DNA from: Chromatiaceae bacterium
Lineage (GTDB): Bacteria > Pseudomonadota > Gammaproteobacteria > Chromatiales > Chromatiaceae
Assembly: GCA_024235315.1 (NCBI GenBank)
Contig: JACKMP010000005.1
Span: 99,372 to 163,371 of the forward strand
Length of the DNA: 64,000 bases
Direction of reading: 5' to 3'
Shown here piece after piece: positions 1 through 9,656 of this stretch (position 1 is the first letter of the stretch; every line of letters starts with the position of its first letter). A program made the translations under genes and the position numbers. The notes beneath the pieces are model-generated. The model did not search any database, was not told the DNA's origin, and saw only the letters and a list, made by a program, of their open reading frames with translations.

Positions 1-121
1 GCCCGTCCCGCACATCCGGCAACGCGCGGCCGACGATGACGCTCATCGCGTAGTCCAGATAGGACTGCTGCATCTCGTCTTCGAGATTGACGGGGAGGAT
101 TTCCTTGGCGAACTCGGTCAT
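1..121 (-). CDS. gyrA: DNA gyrase subunit A, N-terminal 40 codons (runs off window)
   Basis: Not in ORF track. The reverse complement from 121 reads [40 protein letters not shown], the canonical GyrA N-terminus. Confidence 0.96.
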   Translation of the reverse strand, partial: MTEFAKEILPVNLEDEMQQSYLDYAMSVIVGRALPDVRDG

Positions 122-335
122 TGGCGGCTTTCCCGGTCAGCACCCCTGTGTCGTTGTGTGAAACGCGGCCGGCGGCCGGGTTCGCTTGTAATTCTGGGGC
201 GAAACAAGGGGCGAATACTACCATACCCCCCAGGGTGCGTCATGCCCGAAAAACGTCACAGAACGCCGCATATGGCGCCAGAGGGCAACTCGACACATTT
301 GAAACCGCGAAATTGGCCATTGGCCAACGGCCGAT

Positions 336-1094
336 TCAGAACCTGACGGCAGGCGTCTCGATCTCCAGGCCATTGGCCCGCGACATGATGTACAGCTCGA
401 GCAGATCGTACTCGGGCGAGCCCTCCTCGAACGGCTCGGCGCGAAACGACACAAAGCACTCGGTCAGGCGCTGTTGCAGGCTGGTGATCCGCCCCCTGCC
501 GAGACGGTATTCCGGGAACCCGTTGGCCTGCCCCTGGCTGAGCCTCTGACCCCGCAACATCTGACCCTGGTGCTGCACATGACAGTGCCCGCAGGACATG
601 TCGAGCTGGCCGAAGCGCGTGTTGTACAGGGCCTCGCCACGGGCCAGCAGCGGCGCCATGTCGCCGTCGGTCTGCACATTCACCGTCTCGCCTTTGGCAA
701 GATGGCGAACGTAAGTCTCGAGTGCGATCAGCTCGGAGCTCCCGGGGGTCAGCGGAAAACGGTCGAGATTGATCTCCCAACAGTAATTGACGCGCTCCTG
801 CAGCGTCACCAGCCCGCCGAGATTGGCATTGAACACCGGGTAACGTGCGATGGCCTTGATGTCCATCCCCTCGCCATTTTCGCCATGGCAACTCGAGCAG
901 CTGTGCACCTCGCTGTCGCGCAGCTCGTGGAACAGTTCGGCCCCCCGATCCACTGCCACCATACCGGGATTGGAAAAATCGTCGTCCTGCATCTCGCGCG
1001 TACTGTCGTCGAGAAAGGCGTAGCCGCTGACGGGCTCGGCCTGTGCCGGCAACGTCAGCGTGACAAGCATCAGCGTCGCCAGCAGCCGCGTCAT
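336..1094 (-). CDS. soxA: Sulfur oxidation c-type cytochrome SoxA (diheme)
   Basis: Signal peptide and two heme motifs (CSSCH, CGHCH). SoxA C-terminal signature NGFPEYR...QRLTEC...RAEP...LELYIMSRANGL.IETPAVR. Confidence 0.92.
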   Translation of the reverse strand: MTRLLATLMLVTLTLPAQAEPVSGYAFLDDSTREMQDDDFSNPGMVAVDRGAELFHELRDSEVHSCSSCHGENGEGMDIKAIARYPVFNANLGGLVTLQERVNYCWEINLDRFPLTPGSSELIALETYVRHLAKGETVNVQTDGDMAPLLARGEALYNTRFGQLDMSCGHCHVQHQGQMLRGQRLSQGQANGFPEYRLGRGRITSLQQRLTECFVSFRAEPFEEGSPEYDLLELYIMSRANGLEIETPAVRF

Positions 1095-1558
1095 TTCAGC
1101 GTTACCAGGTAGGCGACCAGGTCTTCGACCTGCTGCGCGGAAAGAAAGGTCTTTCCCCAGAACTCACCCGCAATGCGGTTGGCCAGTGCCGGGTCACGAT
1201 AGAAACCGGGCATGATGGTCATTGGGTTGAGCTGCTTTTCATCGACGATCCGCAGACGGATCTGCGCGGCCGAATAACGCGCGCCGATCCCCTGCAACGG
1301 TGGCCCGATGGTCCCGTGGAACGGTTCCTCATCGATGGGCATCGGATGACAGGCCAGGCAGTTTCCGCCATGACTGTCGGCGGCCAGCGCGCGCCCGCGT
1401 GCCGGGTCACCGTCAAGGCCACACAACGGGGACGCGATCGCAAAGTCTGCGGACTGCCATTCGCAATAGGCTTGCTGCGCCGACGCATCGGCCAGCGCCG
1501 ACGCGCAGGCCGCATAGAGTCCCAGCCAGAGCAGTGATCGCACGGACCTCCCTCGCAT
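1091..1558 (-). CDS. soxX: Sulfur oxidation c-type cytochrome SoxX
   Basis: GDPARG...GGNCLACH...GTIGPPL...NPMTIMP...LSAQQVEDLVAYL. Start set at ATG 1558 after a GGAAGGA RBS; 4-nt overlap with soxA. Confidence 0.9.
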   Translation of the reverse strand: MRGRSVRSLLWLGLYAACASALADASAQQAYCEWQSADFAIASPLCGLDGDPARGRALAADSHGGNCLACHPMPIDEEPFHGTIGPPLQGIGARYSAAQIRLRIVDEKQLNPMTIMPGFYRDPALANRIAGEFWGKTFLSAQQVEDLVAYLVTLK

Positions 1559-1632
1559 GTTCACATCCTTCCAGGCACACGGCATTTGGAATGCTAGGCC
1601 GACATCCAATCTGACGCATTGATTCATGTCAT

Positions 1633-2097
1633 TCAGGGCAGCGGCAGAGCAGTCGTATCCACAACCCGGCGCATGACGAAACTCGAATGTACCCCACTCA
1701 CCCCCTCGATCCGGGTGATCTTGTTCAGCAGTAGCGCCTGGTAGGCCTCCATGTCGCGCACGATGACCTTGAGCTGGTAGTCGGCATCCTGACCGGTGAT
1801 CAGCAGGCACTCCAGCACTTCGGGCAAAGCGCGCACCTTTTCCTCGAAATTGGCGAAACGCTCTGGGGTATGCCGGTCCATTGAGATATGGATGAGGGCC
1901 AGCAGCGTCAGGCCCAGCTTGCGAGCGTCCAGCACCGCCCGGTAGCCGGCGATCACCCCGCTGTCCTCCAGGGCGCGCACACGCCGAAGGCAGGGCGAGG
2001 GCGAGAGCCCGATGCGTTCTGCAAGATCCTGGTTGCTGATGCGCCCTTCGGCCTGCAGTACCTCGAGTATCCGGCGATCAAACCTGTCGACCTCCAT
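1633..2097 (-). CDS. Lrp/AsnC family transcriptional regulator
   Basis: DRFDRRILEVLQAEGRISNQDLAERIGLSPSPCLRRVRALE HTH; ECLLITGQDADYQLKV RAM domain. Confidence 0.95.
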   Translation of the reverse strand: MEVDRFDRRILEVLQAEGRISNQDLAERIGLSPSPCLRRVRALEDSGVIAGYRAVLDARKLGLTLLALIHISMDRHTPERFANFEEKVRALPEVLECLLITGQDADYQLKVIVRDMEAYQALLLNKITRIEGVSGVHSSFVMRRVVDTTALPLP

Positions 2098-2382
2098 CCC
2101 CCTGCCTCCTCTATTTCCGCTAAAGGCATATTACACCTTGGATTTCATAATTAGCACAATTTAATTGCTCTATTCAGCCATCTTTTCGCCATTTTCGCAA
2201 TCAAACACCCGCTGACCCGCTTTATGCTTTCCCTGTCGGCCACAAGCTGACAATCCGCTGCCAGCGGCCCACGAAGCCCCGTACAGCACACCGAACCCGC
2301 GTCACAAAACGACCGGCAGGACCCGCTCCCTCCCCGACACGGGGAGGGTCGACTTTCGAGATGACAACCTGGAGTGAAGACC

Positions 2383-4050
2383 GTGAGCACGTTCAACCAC
2401 CGCAAGTACCGTCCGACGCAGGCCCTGCCAATGCGCAGTCGTCAGTGGCCGGACCAGACCATCGAGCACGCCCCGACCTGGGCCAGCGTCGACCTGCGTG
2501 ATGGCAACCAGGCATTGCTCGAACCGATGAACGTGACACAGAAGCGCCGCCTGTGGGACTTGCTGGTCAAGATCGGCATCAAGGAGATCGAAGTCGGTTT
2601 CCCCTCGGCCAGCCAGCCTGACTTCGACTTCGTGCGCTGGCTGATCGAGGAAGACCGCATCCCCGGGGATGTCACCGTCCAGGTACTGGTGCAGGCGCGA
2701 GAGCCGCTGATCAAACGCACCTTCGAGGCATTGAGCGGCGCGCGGCGCGCGATCGTACACGTCTACAACTCGACCTCGACCGTACAGCGTGAGCGGGTGT
2801 TCGGGCGCGATCGCGAGGGCATCAAGTCGATCGCGGTCGAGGGGGCCAGGATGCTGCAGCGCGAAGCCGCCCGCTATCCCGACACCGAATGGGTGTTCCA
2901 GTATTCCCCGGAGAGCTTTTCCAATACCGAGTGGGACTACGCGGTCGAGGTCTGCGACGCGGTCACCGCGGTCTGGCAGCCGACGCCCGGGCGTCCCTGC
3001 ATCATCAACCTGCCGGCCACAGTCGAGAGCAGCACACCGAACGTGTTCGCCGACCAGGTCGAGTATTTCTGCCGCCACGTCGCACGCCGCGACGCGCTGA
3101 TCGTCTCACTGCACACGCACAATGACAGGGGTACCGCGGTCGCGGCCGCCGAGCTGGGCCTGATGGCAGGTGCAGACCGTGTCGAGGGCACGTTGCTGGG
3201 CAACGGCGAGCGTACCGGCAACATGGATATCGTCACGCTGGCGATGAACCTGTACAGCCAGGGCGTCGACCCGCAACTGGACCTCTCCAACCCCGACGAG
3301 GTGATACAGGTGTATACGCAGTGCACGGGCCTGCCGGTCCATCCGCGCCATCCGTGGATCGGCGAACTGGTGTACACCGCGTTTTCGGGCAGCCACCAGG
3401 ACGCAATCCGCAAGTGCCTGCACCGGCAGACCGCCGACGAGCCCTGGCAGGTCGCCTACCTGCCGATCGACCCACGTGACCTGGGACGCGACTACCAGGC
3501 GATCATTCGCGTCAACAGCCAGTCGGGCAAAGGCGGCGTGGCATTCGTGCTGGAGCGCGACTACGGCCTGACATTGCCGCGCTGGATGCAGGTCGAGCTC
3601 GCGCAGATCGTGCAGCGCGAAAGCGAGACGCACAGCGGCGAGATCGGCAGCCAGCGCATCCACGAGCTCTTCATCGAGCACTTCGCCAATGCCGGCGCCC
3701 CGGTCGCGTTGACCGGTTACCGCCTGCACCGCGAGCAGGGTGTCGACCGCATCGAGGCGAGCATCAGCGACAATGGTCGTGTGGACACAATCCGCGGCAG
3801 TGGCGAAGGGGCGATCGAGGCTTTCGTCAACGCCTGGACCGCGAGTTACGGCAACCGTATCAACGTCGTCGATTACACCGAGCACTCGCTGGGTGAGGCG
3901 ACCAATGCCGAGGCCGTGGCCTATGTGCAGCTGAATATCGACGGACAGCGTTCTGCAGGTGCCGCCTTCGACCGCGATACCGTGAGCGCGTCGATGCGCG
4001 CTGTGCTCGCAGCACTGAACAGCGCCCGGATGACCCAGGCGGCCGCTTGA
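2383..4050 (+). CDS. leuA: 2-isopropylmalate synthase (yeast/actinobacterial-like type)
   Basis: SVDLRDGNQAL, EIEVGFP, YSPESF, NLPATVE, SLHTHNDRG, GNGERTGN, FSGSHQDAI, RVNSQSGKGG, plus a C-terminal regulatory domain. GTG 2383 follows GGAG (ORF track starts at 2374). Confidence 0.93.
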   Translation: MSTFNHRKYRPTQALPMRSRQWPDQTIEHAPTWASVDLRDGNQALLEPMNVTQKRRLWDLLVKIGIKEIEVGFPSASQPDFDFVRWLIEEDRIPGDVTVQVLVQAREPLIKRTFEALSGARRAIVHVYNSTSTVQRERVFGRDREGIKSIAVEGARMLQREAARYPDTEWVFQYSPESFSNTEWDYAVEVCDAVTAVWQPTPGRPCIINLPATVESSTPNVFADQVEYFCRHVARRDALIVSLHTHNDRGTAVAAAELGLMAGADRVEGTLLGNGERTGNMDIVTLAMNLYSQGVDPQLDLSNPDEVIQVYTQCTGLPVHPRHPWIGELVYTAFSGSHQDAIRKCLHRQTADEPWQVAYLPIDPRDLGRDYQAIIRVNSQSGKGGVAFVLERDYGLTLPRWMQVELAQIVQRESETHSGEIGSQRIHELFIEHFANAGAPVALTGYRLHREQGVDRIEASISDNGRVDTIRGSGEGAIEAFVNAWTASYGNRINVVDYTEHSLGEATNAEAVAYVQLNIDGQRSAGAAFDRDTVSASMRAVLAALNSARMTQAAA

Positions 4051-4065
4051 GTCACCTGCAGCCGA

Positions 4066-5130
4066 TCAGGCGGCGCCCATGTGCGCCGCCAGCTTCGCAC
4101 GATCCGGGCGCTCGATGATTCCACGCTCGGTGACGATCGCGTCGACCAGCTCGGCCGGGGTCACATCAAACACCGGGTTCCAGGCCCCGGCACCTTCCGC
4201 CGCGATGCGCTGGCCACCGCACTGCAGGACCTCTTGCGCAGGCCGTTCCTCGATCGGAATCGCGCGGCCGTCGGTGGTTTCCATATCGATCGTCGAGGTC
4301 GGGGCCGCCACCATGAAACGCACACCGTGATGGCGTGCCGCGACAGCCAGGCCGTAGGTCCCGATCTTGTTGGCGACGTCACCGTTGGCCGCGATGCGGT
4401 CGGAACCGACGATAACCCAGCTGATCCCACCCGCAGCCATGCGCGCCGCCGCCGCGCTGTCGGCCATCAGCTTCACCGGGATACCGTCTCGCGCCAGCTC
4501 CCAGGCGGTCAATCTTGCACCCTGCAGCCAGGGGCGCGTCTCGTCGGCATACACGGTGTCGATCTTGCCCTGGGCATGCGCACTGCGGATAACGCCCAAG
4601 GCGGTGCCCCATCCCCCTGTTGCGAGACCACCGGTGTTGCAATGGGTGATCACAGCGGTCGGCCCGGCGATCAGGCTGGCACCGTAGTCACCCATGCGAC
4701 GATTGTCCGCACGGTCGCGTTGATGGATAGCCTGCGCCTCGGCCAGCAAGGCCGGAACCGGATTCGTCCCGGTCAGCGTTGAAAGCAACTCGCGCATGCG
4801 CGCGATCGCCCAGAACAGGTTGATTGCCGTTGGGCGCGACCCGGCCAGCACCTGCAGATCATCCTCCAGCGCGTGCCGCCAACTCTCCGCATCCTGTGCA
4901 AAACGCTGCCGCGCCGCCAGCACGACGCCGTAGGCAGCGGCGATGCCGATGGCCGGCGCGCCGCGAACTACCATCGCACGGATCGCCGCGGCGGTAGTGG
5001 CAGCGTCGCCGCACTCGATGAACACCTCGCGCCGCGGCAGCAGTCGCTGGTCGAGAAGATAAAGCCGGTCGTCCTGCCACAGCACGGCGACGTCGGCGGT
5101 CACAGCGATATTCAGGGTCACTTCCTTCAT
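4066..5130 (-). CDS. mtnA: S-methyl-5-thioribose-1-phosphate isomerase
   Basis: [69 protein letters not shown]. Confidence 0.96.
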   Translation of the reverse strand: MKEVTLNIAVTADVAVLWQDDRLYLLDQRLLPRREVFIECGDAATTAAAIRAMVVRGAPAIGIAAAYGVVLAARQRFAQDAESWRHALEDDLQVLAGSRPTAINLFWAIARMRELLSTLTGTNPVPALLAEAQAIHQRDRADNRRMGDYGASLIAGPTAVITHCNTGGLATGGWGTALGVIRSAHAQGKIDTVYADETRPWLQGARLTAWELARDGIPVKLMADSAAAARMAAGGISWVIVGSDRIAANGDVANKIGTYGLAVAARHHGVRFMVAAPTSTIDMETTDGRAIPIEERPAQEVLQCGGQRIAAEGAGAWNPVFDVTPAELVDAIVTERGIIERPDRAKLAAHMGAA

Positions 5131-5232
5131 GGCGTCAGGTCACTCGGCGCGTCTGTGGCGCATCTCTCAATAGGGTAAAGGCAGGAAATTGCGCTATTTT
5201 AGCCGCCTGGCGACCAACAACGGCAAAGAATC

Positions 5233-6549
5233 GTGCAAACAGACCTGCTTATCCATGCCGACTGGGTGATACCGGTCGACCGGCCCGGCGCGCTCGCGCA
5301 ACACAGTATTGCCATTGATGGAGGCAGGATCTCGGCGATCCTCACGCACGACGAGGCGCAACACCAGGTCACTGCGCGCGAAACCGTCACACTGCCCGGC
5401 CATGCGCTGATGCCCGGTCTGATCAATGCCCACACGCACAGTCCGATGACGCTGTTCCGCGGCCTCGCCGACGACCTGCCGCTGATGACCTGGCTGAACG
5501 AGCATATCTGGCCGGCCGAGGCCCGTTGGGTGCATGAGGAATTCGTTGCCGACGGCTCGCGGCTCGCGATCGCCGAGATGATCCGCAGCGGCACCACCTG
5601 CTTCAACGATATGTACTTCTTTGCCGATGTCACCGGACGGGTCGCCGCTCAGGCCGGTATGCGTGCCAGCATCGGTCTGATCCTGATCGACTTCCCGTCG
5701 GCGTGGGCCAGCGATGCCGACGCCTACCTGGACAGGGCGATCGCGGTTCACGACCAGTTCCGGGGCGACCCGCTGGTGCGCACCGCATTTGCCCCTCACG
5801 CGCCCTACTCTGTCTCCGACGCCCCGCTACGCCGGGTCGTCACGCTGGCCAATGAACTCGAGCTGCCGGTGCACATGCACGTCCACGAGACGGCAGCCGA
5901 GGTCAGCGGCAGCGTCGGGCAGTACGGTCATCGGCCGATCGAACGCCTGCACCGTCTCAACCTGATCAACCCGACACTGATGGCCGTCCACATGACCCAG
6001 CTCGGCGACGACGAGATTGATCTGTTCGCCGGCAGCGGTGCACATGTGGTGCACTGCCCGCAATCGAATCTGAAGCTCGCCTCCGGTCACTGTCCGGTGA
6101 CACGACTGCTCGAGGCCGGGATCAACGTCGCGCTCGGCACCGACGGCGCCGCCAGCAACAATGACCTGGACATGCTCGCCGAGATGCAGTCTGCCGCGCT
6201 GCTGGCCAAGGGCAACACCGGTGACGCCTGCGCCCTGCCGGCGCAACAGGCGCTCTACATGGCGACCCTGGCCGGCGCCCGCGCGCTCGGCATCGATGAC
6301 CTGACCGGCTCCCTGGCGGTTGGCAAGGCCGCCGACATCGTCGCGATCGACCTCGCGCAGCCGGAGACCCAACCGGTATTCAACCCGGTGTCCCAGCTCG
6401 TGTATGCGGCCGGACGCGAACAGGTGCGGCACGTGTGGATCAATGGCCGGCAGGTGCTGAAGAATCGCGCGCTGACCACGATCGACCTGGCGCAGACGCT
6501 GCAGCGCGCGGCGGGCTGGCACACGCGCATCGTGGACAACCCCGGCTGA
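5233..6549 (+). CDS. TRZ/ATZ amidohydrolase, probable MTA/SAH deaminase (MtaD-like)
   Basis: PGLINAHTH, APHAPY, HMHVHET, VHCPQSNLKLASG, LGTDGAASNN; divergent from mtnA and upstream of ubiG. Confidence 0.88.
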   Translation: MQTDLLIHADWVIPVDRPGALAQHSIAIDGGRISAILTHDEAQHQVTARETVTLPGHALMPGLINAHTHSPMTLFRGLADDLPLMTWLNEHIWPAEARWVHEEFVADGSRLAIAEMIRSGTTCFNDMYFFADVTGRVAAQAGMRASIGLILIDFPSAWASDADAYLDRAIAVHDQFRGDPLVRTAFAPHAPYSVSDAPLRRVVTLANELELPVHMHVHETAAEVSGSVGQYGHRPIERLHRLNLINPTLMAVHMTQLGDDEIDLFAGSGAHVVHCPQSNLKLASGHCPVTRLLEAGINVALGTDGAASNNDLDMLAEMQSAALLAKGNTGDACALPAQQALYMATLAGARALGIDDLTGSLAVGKAADIVAIDLAQPETQPVFNPVSQLVYAAGREQVRHVWINGRQVLKNRALTTIDLAQTLQRAAGWHTRIVDNPG

Positions 6550-6636
6550 TCACCGACCGCACCGCCCTGACGGCGCGACCGGGAACGCCCCCACGCCTTA
6601 TAATGACCAGCCAGATTGAACAGAAGGTCCGTGACC

Positions 6637-7353
6637 ATGTGTGCAGCCGTCAATGTCGACCATGCCGAAGTCAGCAAGTTCGAGCAGCTGGCCTCGCGCT
6701 GGTGGGATCCCAACAGTGAATTCAAGCCACTGCACGAGATCAACCCGCTGCGACTGGACTATATCGATGCCCGTGCCGGGCTGAGCGGCAAACAGGTACT
6801 GGATGTCGGCTGCGGCGGTGGCATCCTCGCCGAATCGATGGCGGCACGCGGGGCGACCGTCACCGGCATCGACATGGGAGAGGCACCGCTCGAGGTGGCG
6901 CGGCTGCACCTGCTCGAGAGCGGCCAGCACGTGGACTATCGACAAGTACCCGTCGAGCAGCTGGCGGACGAGATGCCGGCACAGTTCGATGTCGTAACCT
7001 GTATGGAGATGCTTGAACATGTACCGGACCCGGCGTCGGTGGTCGCCGCCTGTGCCACCCTGGTCAAACCGGGCGGACAGGTGTTCTTCTCGACCATCAA
7101 CCGCAATCCCAAGTCTTATCTGTTTGCGATCGTCGGTGCCGAGTATGTGCTGCGGCTGCTACCCCGTGGCACCCACGATTACGCCAAATTCATCCGGCCG
7201 TCCGAGCTGTCACGCTGGATACGCGGGGCAGGACTCGATATGCGTGATATTACCGGGCTCACCTACAACCCCCTGTCCGGCGTCTACCGGCTCGACCCGC
7301 GCGACGTCGACGTCAACTATATGATCGCAACCGCCTGCCCGGAGCCTGCGTGA
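6637..7353 (+). CDS. ubiG: Ubiquinone biosynthesis O-methyltransferase
   Basis: [10 protein letters not shown]...WWD...[47 protein letters not shown]. Start approximate. Confidence 0.96.
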   Translation: MCAAVNVDHAEVSKFEQLASRWWDPNSEFKPLHEINPLRLDYIDARAGLSGKQVLDVGCGGGILAESMAARGATVTGIDMGEAPLEVARLHLLESGQHVDYRQVPVEQLADEMPAQFDVVTCMEMLEHVPDPASVVAACATLVKPGGQVFFSTINRNPKSYLFAIVGAEYVLRLLPRGTHDYAKFIRPSELSRWIRGAGLDMRDITGLTYNPLSGVYRLDPRDVDVNYMIATACPEPA

Positions 7354-8027
7354 GAAAACCGCCGCGTGCCGTGCTGTTCGACCTCGACGGCACCCTCGCT
7401 GACACCGCCCCCGACCTCGCTTATGCGCTGAACCAGACACTGTTGCGATTCGAACGCGAGCCGCTGCCATTCGCAACCATCCGTCCGGTCGTATCACATG
7501 GCGGGATAGCGCTGATCGAGCTGGGCTTCGGCATGTCACGCGACCAGCCGGGGTTCGAGCAGCGTCGGCAATACCTGCTCGACGTCTACGCCGCCAACCT
7601 GTGTCGCGAGACCGTTCTCTTTCCCGGCATGGCCGAGGTACTGGAACACCTTGAGGCGCATGCGCAGCCCTGGGGCATCGTCACCAACAAGCCTGCCTGG
7701 CTGACCGATCCGCTGATCACCGCAATGCGGCTGGACCAGCGCGCCGGGTGTGTGGTCAGCGGGGACACCTGCGCGCAGCGCAAACCGCACCCGCAACCTG
7801 TCCTGCACGCCTGCCGGCTGCTTGGCTGTGATCCTGCGGAGACCTGGTACGTCGGGGACGCCGGACGTGACATCGAGGCCGGGCGTGCCGCCGGTTGTCT
7901 CACCGTGGGTGCGCTGTTCGGCTATCTGCACCCGGAAGACCCGCCGGAGGACTGGCAGTGCGATCTGATGATCGAGACCCCCGGACAACTGCTCGAACTT
8001 CTGAACGATGACGCCGACGTCGCCTGA
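7350..8027 (+). CDS. HAD phosphatase (MupP / phosphoglycolate phosphatase family)
   Basis: [29 protein letters not shown]; directly after ubiG, the position mupP holds in Pseudomonas. Confidence 0.88.
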   Translation: MRKPPRAVLFDLDGTLADTAPDLAYALNQTLLRFEREPLPFATIRPVVSHGGIALIELGFGMSRDQPGFEQRRQYLLDVYAANLCRETVLFPGMAEVLEHLEAHAQPWGIVTNKPAWLTDPLITAMRLDQRAGCVVSGDTCAQRKPHPQPVLHACRLLGCDPAETWYVGDAGRDIEAGRAAGCLTVGALFGYLHPEDPPEDWQCDLMIETPGQLLELLNDDADVA

Positions 8028-8781
8028 CGATGGCGCTTGGGGCTTCCCCAATCGCGCCATACCGGTCGGCTCGGCCGCCTACTACGCAGTACGCTTCTGT
8101 CCGCCGGAGCAACGTGAGCGCAACGCGCTGCTGCTGGCCTGGTACGAGCTGGTGCAGGAGATTGTCGAGCAGCACACCGACCCCGGCGTGGCACGTCTGA
8201 AACTCGACTGGTGGCGTCAGGAGGTTTCGCTGCTGAGCGTCCGGCGATGCCGTCATCCGCTCACCGTCGCGCTTCAGAACACCGGCGTCGGCGCAGGGTC
8301 GGAAATGCCGATGTCGGCGATCATCGAAGCCGCCGACGACGAGATCCGTTCGCCGCAGGTGCACGACGACGGTGCGTTCACTGCCAACTGCCGCCGCTCT
8401 TTCGGCGGCCTTTTTGTGCTGCTGAACCGCCTCGACGGACTTGCTCCCGAGGGGGAAAGGTGCTGCGTCGAATGCGGGGGCTATTGCGCCGCGGTGGAAC
8501 GGATCCGCCGACTGGCCCGGTCACCGCAGCGTGTGCCGCCGGACCTCGGCGCCACAACACTGCGCCAGTCGCCGTCCGAGTTGCGCACGCAGCGCCTGGA
8601 CGCCCTGTTGGCCGCGTTCGATACCACGCCGACACGACCATTGCCGGTACTGGCCGCGCGGCTGCTGGCGTTGAGCAAGGCAATGCACAAAAAAATCCGC
8701 AACAGCGGTTATCCTGTTGCCGACACCCTGGTGGAACGTGCGCCCATCGCCCTGCTGTGGACCGCCTGGCGCAGCCAATGA
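8008..8781 (+). CDS. Squalene/phytoene synthase-fold protein (HpnD-like) with degenerate catalytic motifs
   Basis: GSAAYYAVRF.P...R.ALL and DPGVARLKLDWWRQEV...HPL resemble HpnD/CrtB N-termini; no DDxxD motif. Confidence 0.65.
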   Translation: MTPTSPDDGAWGFPNRAIPVGSAAYYAVRFCPPEQRERNALLLAWYELVQEIVEQHTDPGVARLKLDWWRQEVSLLSVRRCRHPLTVALQNTGVGAGSEMPMSAIIEAADDEIRSPQVHDDGAFTANCRRSFGGLFVLLNRLDGLAPEGERCCVECGGYCAAVERIRRLARSPQRVPPDLGATTLRQSPSELRTQRLDALLAAFDTTPTRPLPVLAARLLALSKAMHKKIRNSGYPVADTLVERAPIALLWTAWRSQ

Positions 8782-8802
8782 CCGTATACAGAGAACACAT
8801 CC

Positions 8803-9546
8803 ATGCATGCAGACTACCGTCCCGCCGAAAATCTCCTGGAAGATCGGATCATCCTCGTCACCGGTGCCGGTGACGGCATCGGCCGTGCTGCCGCGCTCGC
8901 GTATGCGGCACACGGCGCAACCGTCGTGCTGCTGGGCAAGTCCGTAGCGAAACTCGAGGCGGTATACGATCAGATCGAAGCTGCACACGGCCCGATACCG
9001 GCCATCTATCCGATGCACCTGGAGGGCGCGTCACCCTACGACTACGACGAACTGGCACACGCAATACACAGCAATTTCGAGCGCCTCGACGGTATCCTGC
9101 ACAACGCTGCCAACCTGCCCTATCTCAGCCGGATCAAGGACTACGACGGCGACGACTGGCTGAAGGTGATGCAGGTCAATGTCAATGCGCCCTTCTTCAT
9201 CACCCAGGCGTGCCTGCCATTGCTGGAGCAGTCACCCGATGCCAGTGTGTTGTTCACCACGGACGCGGCCGGACACCAGGGCAAGGCCTACTGGGGTGCG
9301 TACGGTGTGTCCAAGTTCGCCATCGAGGGATTGACACAGACGCTCGCGGCCGAGCTCGACAACAGCGCAATTCGCGTCAACTGCATCGACCCGGGCCCGA
9401 CCCGCACCGCCATGCGCAAACGGGCGTTCCCCGGCGAAGACAACGCCGACCTGAAAACCCCGGAGACACTGGCCCCGCTCTATTTGTGGGCGATCGGACC
9501 GGACAGCCGCGGCACCACCGGACAGCGGCTGAGCTGGGACGACTGA
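8803..9546 (+). CDS. yciK: YciK family short-chain oxidoreductase
   Basis: LVTGAGDGIG, YWGAYGVSKF (YxxxK), IDPGPTRTAMR..AFPGED. Confidence 0.9.
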   Translation: MHADYRPAENLLEDRIILVTGAGDGIGRAAALAYAAHGATVVLLGKSVAKLEAVYDQIEAAHGPIPAIYPMHLEGASPYDYDELAHAIHSNFERLDGILHNAANLPYLSRIKDYDGDDWLKVMQVNVNAPFFITQACLPLLEQSPDASVLFTTDAAGHQGKAYWGAYGVSKFAIEGLTQTLAAELDNSAIRVNCIDPGPTRTAMRKRAFPGEDNADLKTPETLAPLYLWAIGPDSRGTTGQRLSWDD

Positions 9547-9656
9547 AGCGTGACCGACCGCCTGGCGGCCGGATGCCAGAGGGCTGGATCACAATGGCAC
9601 ACTGAACAGGGCTGGATCCGGCTCAAGTCGCTTGACGCGCAGACGCTACAGCCTGC

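Noticed and set aside
2224..2250. Classical leucine attenuator peptide before leuA
   Set aside because: Only two non-adjacent Leu codons, no RBS and no U-tract terminator; insufficient for a feature call.
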